64,000 nucleotides of DNA from Amoebidium appalachense (GCA_963693365.1 CAVNZM010000017.1:2471527-2535526); one strand, 5' to 3'. Positions 1 through 13,559 are shown, numbered from the stretch's first letter. The notes: a model not told the origin generated them from the sequence alone. Translations and numbers: made by a program.

Positions 1-340
1 GTGAGTCCACGAATATGTCGAGTGAACAATCTATGTAGTTAAACGAATATCTAGGTTTATACGATAAAAGTTCCGGTATATTTAGCTGTACCAGGAGTTC
101 CCGGATCTCGAATTCACACAGGTGGGTCATGTGAATGACCCCTGTAGTTAAAGGAATATTTGGATTTATACAGTGAAAGTTCCGGTATATTTAGCTGTAC
201 CAGGAATTCCCGGATCTCGAATACTCACAGGTGCGTACACAAATATGTCGATTATCTGGATAATCTAGGTAGTTGTGTAAAATCTAGATTGACACATGAG
301 TAATTCCGTTATATCTGGATGTATCAGGAGCTTCTGATCC
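1..340 (+). repeat. About 110-bp degenerate tandem repeat (3 copies) with donor-like CAG|GTG boundaries
   Basis: aaagttccggtatatttagctgtaccagga(g/a)ttcccggatctcgaat occurs at about 67-113 and 176-222, with a decayed third copy near 300-340. Units are followed by cacag-gtgggt and cacag-gtgcgt, and the window itself opens with gtgagt. Confidence 0.8.
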
Positions 341-472
341 TTGCATAATACACACAAGTGTTGTCACAGAATGTTGAAACCGAAGTATTTTCTGCCTAAT
401 CTGTTTCTCAGTATACTGGATCAATCTTGGCAAGCTTTTGGTGTGTTTGCGCTACAAGTGTGTGTTGTGCAG

Positions 473-958
473 TACACGTTTGGAGGCATGCATAGGGAAA
501 ACATCCAGGTATACACCAGCCTTACGAGATAAACCACCTGAAATCTGAGTATTACGGCATGAAGGCACACTCGAATCATGGCCTTGCCTTCCTTTTATCT
601 CTCTTTTCTCCTTCCCTCCCCCCCCCCCCCTCCCCCCCTTCCCCCCCTCCCCCCCCCCCCCCCCCCCCCCCCCCCTTTTTTTTTTTTTTGTGTGTCTTTT
701 CTAACCACACCTATGGTTCTTGCACAGCTGGAGGACATGTGGATGATCACCGAGGATGACATCAAGCGCATGTGCCGCAATGACCCCAGCCTTATCCCTC
801 AGCTCAAGACAGCCCTGGCTGTGGCCCAGGAGAGAGGTACCCCCCCCCCCCCCCCCCCCTCCCCACCCCCTTTCCTCCTCCCCTGCCCCCCCTCCCCCCC
901 CCCCCCCCCCCCCAACACACACACATACGTGCACATGCACACATGCACACTCAACTCA

Positions 959-1004
<46 letters not shown>

Positions 1005-1109
1005 TAACTTTAGCCTTTGGCTGTGTATCACCATGCCTTGACTTCACTGGGGTGTAGTTTTTTTCTTTTTTTTTTTTTTTCTTTTCTATAGTGTTGTTGG
1101 TGGTAGTGG

Positions 1110-1140
<31 letters not shown>

Positions 1141-2682
1141 AGGGGGCAGGTAGGGAGGGCGGGAAATGAAGAAAAGTAACACCCTTCAACTACTTGCACC
1201 CTATCGCTCACATCACAACGCTCTCCACCTACAGAAAACAAGCTCACATGGCTGGACTTTGGCATTCTGCCTGCCCGCTACCACGTAGAGGGAAAACGCC
1301 TCCCGGACTTTGTGGTCATTGGTGACCCCGGCAGCCAGGAGCCAATTCAGCTCAATTTCATTGGTGACCCGGATGTCAAGGGAGAGACACAGGCAAACCT
1401 CACACCGGACCCTAACGGTGGCCCTTCAAGGGTAAGTTTTTGCCTTGTCTTGTAAAGTAACATGTAGAGTGGCAGGATTATATTTAGAAGGGTGGTAATA
1501 GAGAGAGTGTGTGTGTGTGCGTGCGTGTGTGCGTGCAATGCGTGCGTGCGTGCGTGCGTGTGACGGTGTGTAAGACGGTGTGTAAAGTGGTGGTGATGGT
1601 GGTCGCAACATGATATGATTGACGTGGCAGAGTCTGTGGTTGAAAGGGGGTAAGGGGGATGAAGTCACTGTTGGCATAGGACGCCCGATGATAGTTGAGC
1701 GACACTTTCTTTTTAGAGGAAGAGGGCCGTAAAGGGGACGGGACTTTTGGGGCGAAACGGGTGGTGGTGGGGGGGGGGGGGGGGGGGCAGGGGGCAAGGA
1801 AAAAAGAGACCCACTTAGAGAAGCACCCTTCATGCATCAGTTATTTGCAGGCCCTGAACCAAAGCCCGGGGGGGGGGGGGGGGGGGGGGGGGATGGGGGG
1901 AGGGGGAGGGATTGGGCCAGGTTTAGTTTTGGAAGATATCTGGTGTGTGTGAGTTGTACTGACTTATGTGGTGGTTTTTAGGCGGTGTTCAAGGGGATCA
2001 TTCTGTCACCTCCTGGCAACTATATCATCGAGGCCATGAGTGTCAACTACCCGGAGCTGTTTGTGCGCACAATCGACCCCACTACTATCGGTAAGTGCTG
2101 TTTTCCCTTTTGCTGCCCCCCCTTCAACCTCCCCCCCTTTCCCCTCTATGGTTTCCTCTCCCCCCCTCGTACGTGCTCTTTAACACATCTACCCCCCCCC
2201 CCCCCCCCCCCCCCCCCCGCCCGCCCAGCCCTCGCCCCCCAGAGACACGCACAACGCCGCCACCACCACCACCACCAGTCGATTTGAACGGATGGGGTGG
2301 CAGTCAACCCCCCCCCCCCCCCCCCCTCCCCCCCCCCCCCCCCCCAAAATGTAGGTGGGGGGGGGGGGGGGGGGGGGGGGGCGGGGAATCTTAAATTTTA
2401 TGGAGAGTCGGGGTCAGAATCTTAATGGCGGGGGGGCCCATCCAGCATGATTTATTCATCCGTCTGCCACTAAGATCATCCCGAAAACTGGCCGAGGGGC
2501 AGAATCTTAAAAAGAACCGATTTTGCCGGGGCGAAATTTTATTGGCGGGGGTTCTTATTCGCGGACGGTATCAGTATGTCACGTGACTGACCCATATGCC
2601 TGCTGCAGGGTTCCTGATGAAGGACAAGCAGGAGGTGGACAGCACCTTCAACGAACTGGACGACCTGCTCAACTTCAGCTAG
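473..2682 (+). CDS. 3' part of a spliced gene for an unknown protein: SAM-like domain, then Ig-like beta module, then acidic C-terminal tail (5' end lies outside the window)
   Basis: Phase-consistent GT-AG exons 473-508, 728-836, 1235-1431, 1982-2090, 2609-2682 (TAG). Spliced protein: YTFGGMHRENIQLEDMWMITEDDIKRMCRNDPSLIPQLKTALAVAQERENKLTWLDFGILPARYHVEGKRLPDFVVIGDP...AVFKGIILSPPGNYIIEAMSVNYPELFVRTIDPTTIGFLMKDKQEVDSTFNELDDLLNFS*. ENIQLEDMWMITEDDIK resembles the SAM pattern. Domain calls are by eye. Confidence 0.7.
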
Positions 2683-2838
2683 TGCTCACACACACACGTA
2701 CACACGTACACGTATGCACCCCACTCCCCGTCCCCCCCCCCCCCCCCCCTCCCCTCCCTCTTCCTCCCGCTCCTCCCATCTCCCCCGCCCCCATCCCCAC
2801 CCCCTCCCCACCCTTCCCCCCCCCCCCCCCCCCCCCTC

Positions 2839-2869
<31 letters not shown>

Positions 2870-3187
2870 GCACCACCATCCACCACCGTCACCGTCACCA
2901 CCACCTTCCCTCCCCCTTTATCCTATCCCCACTATCCTTAACCCTGTTGCCTTTACGGGGATAGCGTGTGTCTGTGTGGTATGTCCTTTTTTTCTTTCTT
3001 GGGCAGTGGGAAGGTGTGCGTGTGTGGTTGTGTGTGTGTGTGTGTGTTGGGGTGGGGAGGGGGGGAGGGGGGGGGGGGGGGGTCAGTAGATAAAGGTCTG
3101 CATTTTTTTATTGGGGGGGGGGGGGGGGGGGGGGGGGAGGGGGGGGGGGAGGGGGGGGGCAGTGGAGGAGTGTTTATGGCTACCAGT

Positions 3188-3222
<35 letters not shown>

Positions 3223-3670
3223 ACGTATGGGCACAGGTGCAGGCGCGTGCCTGCCTGCCTGGGTGTTTTATCTCCATGTGCGTGTGCTTGTGCGTGTGCG
3301 TGTGAGGAAGGGGGCACGGGGAAGGTGCCGGCGGCTGCACCGGGGGGGGGGGAGATGTCATGACCTGTTTTTTTTAAAAAAAAGTGTATTTTTTGTTTCT
3401 TTCCTTTGTTTCAATGGTTTTCCTCAGTCCGAAGCAATTATATCTCCGGCCTTCCAATTACATTAGCTATTTGCAGAAAACTCACTGGTTTTTGGCTGCA
3501 GGTTTCTGAAATGGGCACGAAAAACGTGAAAAATGCTCAGCGTTTTGTGTCGCTGGTCAGGTTGGCCCCAGTGCGATGTCGATATCATCAGCGAAGAGCG
3601 GAATTTGACTCATGACTTTTATTGGGTTTTTGTGTTTTGGTATGTGTTGTGAATTGTTTTGGCGATGATC

Positions 3671-3705
<35 letters not shown>

Positions 3706-4624
3706 CTTCTTTCTCTTGTCTCATTTTCCGCCGATTCTCTGTGTGTGTACTGGTAGTTGGGTACCTATGAAGTGATGATTGTCTTCTTTTCTTGTGCCGC
3801 GTGCCAGGGGATCTTTTAGTTTTAGTCCATGGTGGAAAAGGGATTTTATGCCTAGTATTGTAGGAACGACCAAGTTCACACCACACACCTGCAATATGGC
3901 ATGTGGCTTCACAATAAACGACAATTTGCACCCGAGATTGTTTACGAAATACTTCACTGCTGAAAACATTAACAACGTTCCTTACGTGGTAACCTATGAT
4001 TCCTTGATAGACCGTTACTGTAGACTGTTTTGGACATTTTAAGTCAGACGCACTATTGCAGATTGGCGTGACAAATACAACTTCCCGATGTGCAAATTAC
4101 ACACGGGCGGACGACACGTTCCCGATCCTGCATTCTTTGAATAAATATTAATACTCAAAACTGGACCTTTGAAAATATCGGCGCTCAATCGAACTTTACT
4201 AATTAACCCCTCGAATTCAGAATCACGGTAGTATGAGTATTGAACACACACACACACGTGCGCGCACACGCACACACAAGTACACACGCGTGCGCACACG
4301 TGCAAACACTCGCACGTGTACACAAAACGTGTGATTACACCCTCAAATTTACGTCGAATTCGTTGCAGGTGCGTAATATCTGCCCCTTTGCTTTGGTTTC
4401 ATGGTTGCCTGCTTATTGCGTTGTGCCCCAATTCTTTCGACGTCCAACCCATCGATGGACATATGCACGGCCCTCTGAAGGCCGTGACATATGCATGACG
4501 TTGTTCCTTGCACGCACGGGCATCGCCACGGGCATGCTCGCAATACACCCAGGACCACAAGCGAATGCGTGCCCACGGGCAGTAGGTGACAGTGTTGGAC
4601 TCAGAGTGTCGGCAAAAGGCCTCT

Positions 4625-4740
4625 TGCTCTGACGTCATGATCATACTATCCCTCACCGCCGTGACGTAAACGCGTGATTGTTAGCCAATGGAGTTCCGAC
4701 GCGGTTTTTTTTCAAATAACGTTTGACGGTTGGCACCAGC
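4625..4740 (+). promoter_or_regulatory. Putative Mps1 promoter motif cluster
   Basis: TGACGTCA 4630-4637, ACGCGT 4670-4675, CCAAT 4685-4689 and TTCAAA (reverse CHR-like) 4711-4716, in a homopolymer-free stretch upstream of Mps1. Short motifs only; function is inferred. Confidence 0.35.
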
Positions 4741-5641
4741 CAGATTCCTCCGAACACCGTGAACAGCTACCGCCGCACCGGAACCGGAGCCTTGCCCGGC
4801 GGTGGTTTCAGATGAACACGGAAAGGAAATAAAGAGCCAAAAAAAAAAGCTAAGCTATATAGTTATACAAGGCTTTTGGTAGAACGATAGACAACCATGA
4901 CTTCTGTTAGAGACTACGCATTCCATTGCCACCATATTGGGGTAGGTCAAAACAAGCGATAGGCCAGCATATGCATTACCCGCTGAGTAGGTTCATGTTT
5001 GAAAAGACAAATCACATATATTTGTTCATCACCTGTTTCTTTTCCACATCTTAAATTCTTGCGAAACATCAAAAGACACTTAAAATCTCTAGCTTGGCAA
5101 ACAAAAAGACCACAAGATGGAGCCCCTAAGGGAAGGGACCAGGGGTGTTTCCAACACTCAGAATACATCGACTGTCAATTTTCTAGAGCAATTGAGAAAG
5201 TTGGCTGAAAGCTCAACGGCGGTATGTGTAACCCTTTTTCTTCACAACACCATGTGATTTGATAGCCTTCTGTCCCCAAGGGAATCAGATTACTTGGGGA
5301 TAGCATGTCCTTTTTTTTTTTGTGCCTCCCTCCGAGGGTGTACAATGCACTTCCGAGGCTCTTCTCTCCCTCCCTCCCTTTCCCCCCCGTTGTAAAACTA
5401 CACCGATTCGTTTTCTGTTCCAATGCATCACACAGAATTCGAGTATCTTTGTGTCGGTTATTAATCTCACGGGTGTAAGATTTTGTTGTGTGAGCATGTG
5501 GGTGTTTGTGGTGTCTTTGTTTTTGGGGTAAGCGTGAGCGTTCGCTTGTGTTTCGTGCTGCTATTCTCTTTTTTTACACGCCGTCTGTTCTCATCTTTGA
5601 GTCAACACTTATTATGTGTGTATTTTTTCCCCTTACAGTCT

Positions 5642-6032
5642 ATGCAGAAGGAAAACGTCCCCCCAGCGGATGAAGACCGGGCAGCGAAAATACGTTCCAT
5701 CCAGAAAGGGGGAAACACGGTAGACCAGTGGTTGGAATTGTTAGGCGATGAGAGAAGGAGTGGGGCTGATTTATCCACCCTCCTCCAAATTTTCGAAAAG
5801 GCAACCGACTCTATCCGCAGGACGCCGGATGTGATCGATTCAGAGCGCTATGTTTTTCTTTGGCTTCGATATGCCGAGTTGACAGCGTGAGTTTCGTGCC
5901 TGTGCATGCTTGTTCGTTAGCGAAAATAGCACCTCTTTCAAGCTCATGCCAGACTCAACCCAATGGCAACACTCTCTGTCCAGATGGCACACTTCCACCA
6001 AGAGTTTCACCCCAAGCACACTGCCCTTATCT

Positions 6033-6064
<32 letters not shown>

Positions 6065-6296
6065 CGCCCCAACCCACCCCCCACCCCCTGCTCCCCCCCT
6101 TTATTCCCGCACCCCCTCCCTTTTGCCATCACCCTGCCAAGTAAATTCTCACACAATGACCCAGCTAGTGATGGTAGATGCGAGTGCTGCATGCATGTGG
6201 CTGACGACAACTAATGCCGACAATTTTTCACCCTCTGGTGTTTTCGTGTGGGCATATCTGCTTATCTCTATTTCCTTGTCTGAATAGCTCTATCTC

Positions 6297-6336
<40 letters not shown>

Positions 6337-6669
6337 CCCCCCCCCCCCCTCCCCCCGAGATCTACTCAATCTCCTTAACCTACCCAACCACGCTTTTCTC
6401 GCACATGCCTGTGTGTGTGTGTATGTGTGTGTTTGGATGTATGCGTATTTGTGCATGTCTTTTTCCCCCTCCCTGCATTTAAGTCGCAGTAACACTACTA
6501 GCTTCTCTCATGCATATAGCCAAGGCAATGCTCCTCCCCCCTTCCCCCCCCCCCCCCCCCCCCCCCTCCTACCACCACCACCACCACCACCACCACACAC
6601 TCACACTCACACTCACACTCACATTCACATTCACACTCACACTCACACACACTCACAGTCACAGTCACA

Positions 6670-6723
<54 letters not shown>

Positions 6724-7168
6724 CACACCTGTTGGGGATTGTCATTCTTTTTGGTTTAAAGCTAAATCTGACGGATAGGGAAACATCGGTGTCACGTGCA
6801 CGGGGCATCTACCGGCAGATGAAGACACTGGGCATTGGTAGCCGCAGGGCATTCTTCTACATTGACTGGGCAAACCTGGAACACAAGGATGGTGGGTACT
6901 GTTTTTTTTTTTTGTTTTTTTTGTTTTTTTTTTGGTCACCCTCTAATCATGCACATGCGTAGGGTTTTTGAAGTTTTCGCAATCGTGGGTGTGAGTGTGC
7001 GTGTGTGCATGTGTACGTCTGTCGTGCACTCTTGTGTGTGCATTCTGGTAGCGCCACCCCTCCCCCCGTCCTCCCTTTCCAATCCCATTGCCGATTGCAC
7101 ATGTTTACATACGATGGGGCACAGATGCGCCTTGTTTTGTCCCTGGAAAGTGCAAAGACATACCCACT

Positions 7169-7206
<38 letters not shown>

Positions 7207-7469
7207 TTCAGTTCCCAGTTATCGGCACGATTTTCTTTTTCACGAAGTATATCTCGGCTATCTACTCGGTCATCACTGTCGCGAACTTAAAAAGTCTATT
7301 ATAAAAAAAATTGCACGTGTATCCCCCTAACACCCCCTATTTTTGAATCCAGGTAATTTGCGCAAAGCACGGGACATTCTTCATTCGGGGGTTAAGGCCA
7401 CGGCAGAACCACAGCAGCTGCTTTCCGATGCCCTTGAATCCTGCCTGAGCGATCTTCAGAACGAGGTAT

Positions 7470-7503
<34 letters not shown>

Positions 7504-7787
7504 CACACCCCAACCTACCAACCCCCCCCCGGGCGCCGCAGTTGAGGGGGTGGTGTGCATGGCCAGTCGGAGTTACCTTATATGTATCCACGACACACGC
7601 CCACGCGCGTACACACACACACATACATACACACACACACACACATGCTTCAAAGCTTTCCTCCTCCTACTCCCGTTTTCCCCCTCCCTCCTCATTCCCC
7701 AACTCTCTCAGCTCTTTCCCGACACACATATCTCCATTTCCTCCCCCTCCCTCCCTCCCCCCCTCAACCCGGCGCCCCAACGCGCGG

Positions 7788-7831
<44 letters not shown>

Positions 7832-8567
7832 ACACACACATCCGGCAGGGGGGTCGCACCCATGGCCAGCCGGAGTGGCTTAATATGTATCCACGACACA
7901 TGCACACACGCGCGCACGTACACACACACACTCTCTCTCACATATGTTCAAAGCTCTCCTCCTCTTACTCCCGCTTTTCCCCTTCCTCCTTATTCCCCTA
8001 TCCTTCCGCTCCTTCCAAAAAAAAACATCTTCATTTCCTCCCCCCCCCCCCCCCCCCCCCCCCACCCACCCACCCTCCCTCCAGGGGGGCCGTGCCACTC
8101 GCTCGCTGATCCCACTCTCTACCCGCTGTGGCTTTCTGCTAGCAATTTATTTTGTCCCTTAAATTTTTTGTGTCTTCATCTCGGGTTCTCCTCTGGACAA
8201 CCTACTCCACACTTGCTATTCCCTCCCCCCCCCCCCCCCCCTCCCTCTCCCCCCCTCCTCCCCTCCCTCTTCCCCGGGCACACCTTCCACACACGACGCA
8301 CTTTCACACACGTCACACACTCAAATTGTGACATGCTCAACAAAAACACACTATCTTAGCCCATTATTTTTCTTTGTCTGCACATAACTTAAGCATGGCA
8401 TGCATGCACTAGATCAAGTCAGAGTCTTTTGAGCGTAAACCAGGTAGGTCCATACGGCAGACCCTCTCTCGCACCTAATTGGACAAAAACACGATCCGAT
8501 GGCGGAAAATCAGGAGGGAACGGTTTGATCCCCTAGCGACATACAAAGGGCTGTTAGGCCTCTATAG

Positions 8568-8604
<37 letters not shown>

Positions 8605-9097
8605 CCCCCACATTTAGCGCCCAGACATACATCGAATTATGGTTATTGGGTTTGTGTTTTTTATTTTGGGGAAAATTATCAAAAACTGTGTTTTTAGCGG
8701 TTTGTGTGCACGATCCCCCTTTACCTAGGGGCCTCTGTTGTACGGACATACGTTAGTGCAAACACACACCTATTTCCTTTTCGTCTTGATGCATTCAACA
8801 CACTAAACTTACACTTGATACTATCACACATTACAGCCATCACGAACAGGGACAGCTTCATCCAATTCACTATCTCTGGATAACGACCTAAACCCAACGG
8901 CAACTGGTTTAATTGCCACAACAGCCAATGGAGTCACGGCGTTAAAAGACGGCCAAACGGCCGGGGGAACGGTTACGGCAGCCACGGCATCTGTTTCGAC
9001 CACCCTGTTAAGCTCGAGGAATATGGGGAGGGAGGACATGCAGGGTGTGCTGCGAAGGGTGAGTGTCTGTGCATGTGTGTGCGTTTGAGTGTGTGTG

Positions 9098-9136
<39 letters not shown>

Positions 9137-9477
9137 TGGGTGCGTGGGTGAATGGATGGGTGGGGGGGGGGGGAGGTGTGTGGCTGTGTGTGCTTTTGCT
9201 TGTGCTTGTTTGTATATCAAGTGCCAGTAAGAGGTAGGGGGGGGGGGGGGGAGGGGGGGGGATTGGACCTCTGCCTATAAAATGTTTCCTTACATTGCGT
9301 GATTGGAGATGTTGGTGGGGGAATTTCGCTGCTCTGATAATGAAGCGTAGCTAAGACACCAACAGAAACGTATGTGTGCCATGGTGCTCATGGGGCATTC
9401 TTTATTACACTATTCCTTTTTCTTTTTTTTCTTTTTTTTTTTTTTTTTTTTTCCCTTTCTTTTTTCCTTTTTCCCTT

Positions 9478-9524
<47 letters not shown>

Positions 9525-9547
9525 AAAAAAAAAACAACAACAACAAC

Positions 9548-9595
<48 letters not shown>

Positions 9596-11635
9596 CCTTA
9601 CATTTCTTGCACCAGAATGGCTTCCGTAACTTGCACTAATGCTAGTGCACGGCTCACTGCATTCGTGGTTTGTCTCATTTTGATGTTCTCAGCGCTGTTG
9701 CTCTTCCGTAACTTGCAGTAATGCTAGTGCACGGCTCACTGCATTCGTGGTTTGTCTCATTTTGATGTTCTCAGCGCTGTTGCTAATAACACATTGAGTA
9801 GTATTTGATTGGGTTTGTCTTGTAAATATCGATATTTCATCCTGTCTAAATAGGGTGTTCGACACAGCCTGACACTCAAAAATGCCTTTGTTTACGTGTT
9901 CGTACCGCACACCATGTCTCTCTTTGTCATGCATTCTCAACTGCTGACTTGGGATACACCCACCACAGGATATACCTTCGAATTTCGAAGATGTCGCCTC
10001 ATCTCGCACCCGAATTTCATCTCAGGAGGAAGTCCTATCTCGTCAGTCGTCCCACGAAGGCACCGTCGACTCCTATCGTCCGACTGTACCGCAAAAACGC
10101 CGCGCAGACAGCGACGAAAATACCCTCCGCCCGGCGAAACGCTTTCTCCCCATCGCTGCTCCCCAGGAATCGCCAAATGGCAGCTTAGTTAGCAACAGTA
10201 GCGGCCAATCAGGGAGCTCCGTTGATTCCCCCGGGCAGGAAAATGCCCGCTTGGCTGCGGACGGGCAGATTCTTAATGCAAACGGTGAGCCCAGGCCGGC
10301 GCTGATTTTAAAGCGACGCAGGGGTCCCTCCATACGAAGAACGGCCGCCACGCCACAAGGTGTGTCGGTGGCTGCAGGGCAAAGGACGGGATTGGCGGAA
10401 ACACGGATAAACGAGAACGAAAACCCAATTTGTGCAACGCCCACGACGGAGTCGGCGGCTGCCAGTCGCATGGTAGATCCGTCAAGTCAGGCACAACGTC
10501 CGGAATTTCGGTTTGGGGCACAGCGGGAGGGTGGGTACGAGACGGGAGACCACCGGCCGGCACAAAGACGCCATACCGTCCCAACGGAATCGGCGGTGGG
10601 GACGGGGGAAGGGGCGGCGAGGGTACAAATGACGTCACAGCCACTAAATAGCCAATCAGGAAGCGGCATGCCTCTAGTCGGCGAATCAGCTGCGGCAAAG
10701 GTGCAGTTCATTACCCAATGGGAAGTCAAGGTTCCTGGGTCTGTACCGGCCCGTGGGTTGTCGCCGATTGAAGAGAGGTCGGCAAAGGGGGAAAGGGAAA
10801 GGACATCCAATCCTCTTCTTCCGAAATCTGCCGCGGACAGTTTAACCCTCGGTAGATTCGAGCAGGAGCCCGGGTCGCTTAACCTGGCGGCAAACAAGCA
10901 AACACAAACCCAGGTCTTACCCGAACAGCAACCAAAATTGATGGGTTTCCCAATCGACGATGGGAAAGTTTGTTCAAGGACGAACGGTGAAGGCAGGGAG
11001 GAGGTGAAACCTGCGGCACCTACCGTACCCATTTCGGAGCAACCGCCCGCGCCGCTAGTGGAAACACGACCGGTGGAAACCGGAACTTCCGCAAGGGGTA
11101 TAAGGGGCCCACTTCGTTTTGTTCCCAATCGCCCCCAAAACGCACCGAATAACGAGGAGAGGCCGGCGCAGGAGGGTGGGGCTGGGGAGGGTGTGGGAAG
11201 CGACGAAAAACGTCGATTACAGGCGATTTCGCAGCATGTGCCGCGGCAGAATGAGGAGCGGGTTGGGGGGGTAGCCTCAAAACTGGCACCGGGTATGAAT
11301 TTACGCGAGCTGCAGGTGGCACAGCAGCAACAGCAACAGGCGAGACGGCAACTGGATGCACAAAAACCCCCATTACAAGAACAAAGACCCCTGCCTCAAG
11401 AAATACAGACACTGCAACCACCACAAGCACAAACACAATTACAACCGCAATCACGACCAGTACAACCGCAGCCAACACAGGCAAACCCACCACAACAACA
11501 ACCGCTAAGGCCGTCACAACCAATCCCACAACAACAACAACAACAACTTTCACAACAAAACCCACCACCACCACCACCACCACAACAACAACCACAACAA
11601 CAACAACAACAACAACAAAACCCACCACCACCACC

Positions 11636-11666
<31 letters not shown>

Positions 11667-13383
11667 AACCCACCACCACCACCACCACCACCACAACAAC
11701 AACAACAACAACAAAACCCACCACCACCACAACAACAACAACAACAAAACCCACAACAACAACAACACCAACAACAACAACAACCAAAACCAAACCTACC
11801 ACCACCATCACACCAACCACCACCACAACAACAACAACAACAACAACAACGGCAACAGCAGCAACAACAAGCAATGACTACACAACAAGAAGAAGAGCTC
11901 ATAAAACAGCGAAAACGTCAGATGCGCCGTCAACAAGAAATGCGTCAGCGGTGGTGGTCCCAAATGTCCATGGTTGCGAGGGAGATACCGGAGGGTGCGG
12001 GTGCAGCCACACAGGAGAATGGGGGCCTTGGTGTTATGGCTAGGCCCATCCCTGGGAATGTGGGGGTGCAGGTCGGCGGGAAGTGGTATCGACTGCTTGG
12101 GGTATGTGATGGTTCCAAACTCTCTCTCTCTTGCCCCCCCCTTCCCCCACCGGGGCCTTACCCCCTTTCACGGCCTTCCCTGCCTGCCATCTCAAGTTCC
12201 ATTATTGTCTGCTTATCTCTATCTATTCTATCTCTTTATCGATCTGTTTGTCTCTCTCTCTATCGCTCATGTGTGCACTGTGTGTGGGTGTGTGGTGTTC
12301 GTGCATGCGTGCAGGAGTACGCCCGTGTGTGTGTGTGTGTGTGTCTGTGTGTCTGTGTGTCTGTGTCTGCGTGCACATGCGTGTGTGAAGAGATCATACC
12401 CAACACCACTACCACCTTTTCCGCCTTCTCTTTTCAACCTTACCAATCTATTGATACTCACCTAATTGGTTGCTCATTTCTCCCATAACAGTGCTACAAC
12501 GTTGCACCCCACACTCCGTACAATCATTGTCCGTACCAAACCCTGTTTATTGCATGTGATTGTGTTTCCATATATGACAGGCACTGACAGTCTCACCTTA
12601 ACAGAGGCTGGGTGAGGGTGGGTCTGCCACGGTCAGTCGGGTGATTGGTGTGCACGACGATAACCTCTATGCCCTGAAAACTGTATTGTATGTTACTCCC
12701 CCCAACCCTGCATAACCCCCCCCCCCCCCCTGATGCTGCTGTCTGAGTTGGAGCGTCGTATATACGCGGGCTAAGGGGTCGAAACTCAGACGCAATTGAT
12801 GACTTGGGCCCTCCCTGAGGATGGGCTCTGCTTATGACGCATACTGTGCGCATGGCTGATGCTGCATAGTTGAATGTTTGCCTTTGCATGTGTCCTGCAC
12901 CATGCTTCTCATCGTGTATGCGTACTTCGTACTGTGTTCCGCATTCAAACCCCCCCCCCCCCCCCCCCTCCACCGGTCTTTCCCAAATAACAGATAAGAA
13001 CACACAGGCACATACATAAATGCACTATGGACAGACACACGTGCATGCACACACACAAACACAGACAGCCCCCCTCCCCCCCCCCCCCCCCGGGAACCAC
13101 ACACACACACACACACACACACCTTCCCCCTCCCCCGCTAACCATTATGATACAACCACCACGGTGTCTTTTCGGCCTGCCACGCAATCACACACTACCA
13201 GATTCCACTTCCAAGTATTCAAATGCTCTACTCGTGCGACCGCCTGCAAATGTTTTCTTACCCAAACACCATCATGCAACATGCAATATGAACAGAGGTC
13301 TAAAATCAATGTGTGTGAAAATGTGAGATCTTTGTTTATGTAACCATCTGATCTCCCCCCCCCCCCCCCCCCCCCCCCCCCGC

Positions 13384-13436
<53 letters not shown>

Positions 13437-13523
13437 CCCGGGGCCTCTTCATGCCCTCCTCGAGTTCGACTGCATGCACAGAGCCACACACACACACACT
13501 CACACTCACACACATACATTCAC

Positions 13524-13559
<36 letters not shown>

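Noticed and set aside
2275-2572. Transposon-like fragment with three GAATCTTAA motifs
   Set aside because: No matching termini and no second copy in the window.
8444-8751. Possible degenerate MITE (gtaggtccatacggcaga versus reverse complement gtatgtccgtacaacaga)
   Set aside because: The inverted match is short and imperfect and no TSD is visible.
12770-12830. Hammerhead ribozyme (GAAAC and CTGAGGA present)
   Set aside because: The bases flanking the two core motifs cannot form stem II.
12790-12865. Box C/D snoRNA-like arrangement in the repeat (TGATGA...CTGA...TTATGA...CTGA)
   Set aside because: Only a 7-nt match to an 18S-like sequence; several copies lack this part while keeping the distal end, which fits a retroelement better. 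Not formally excluded.
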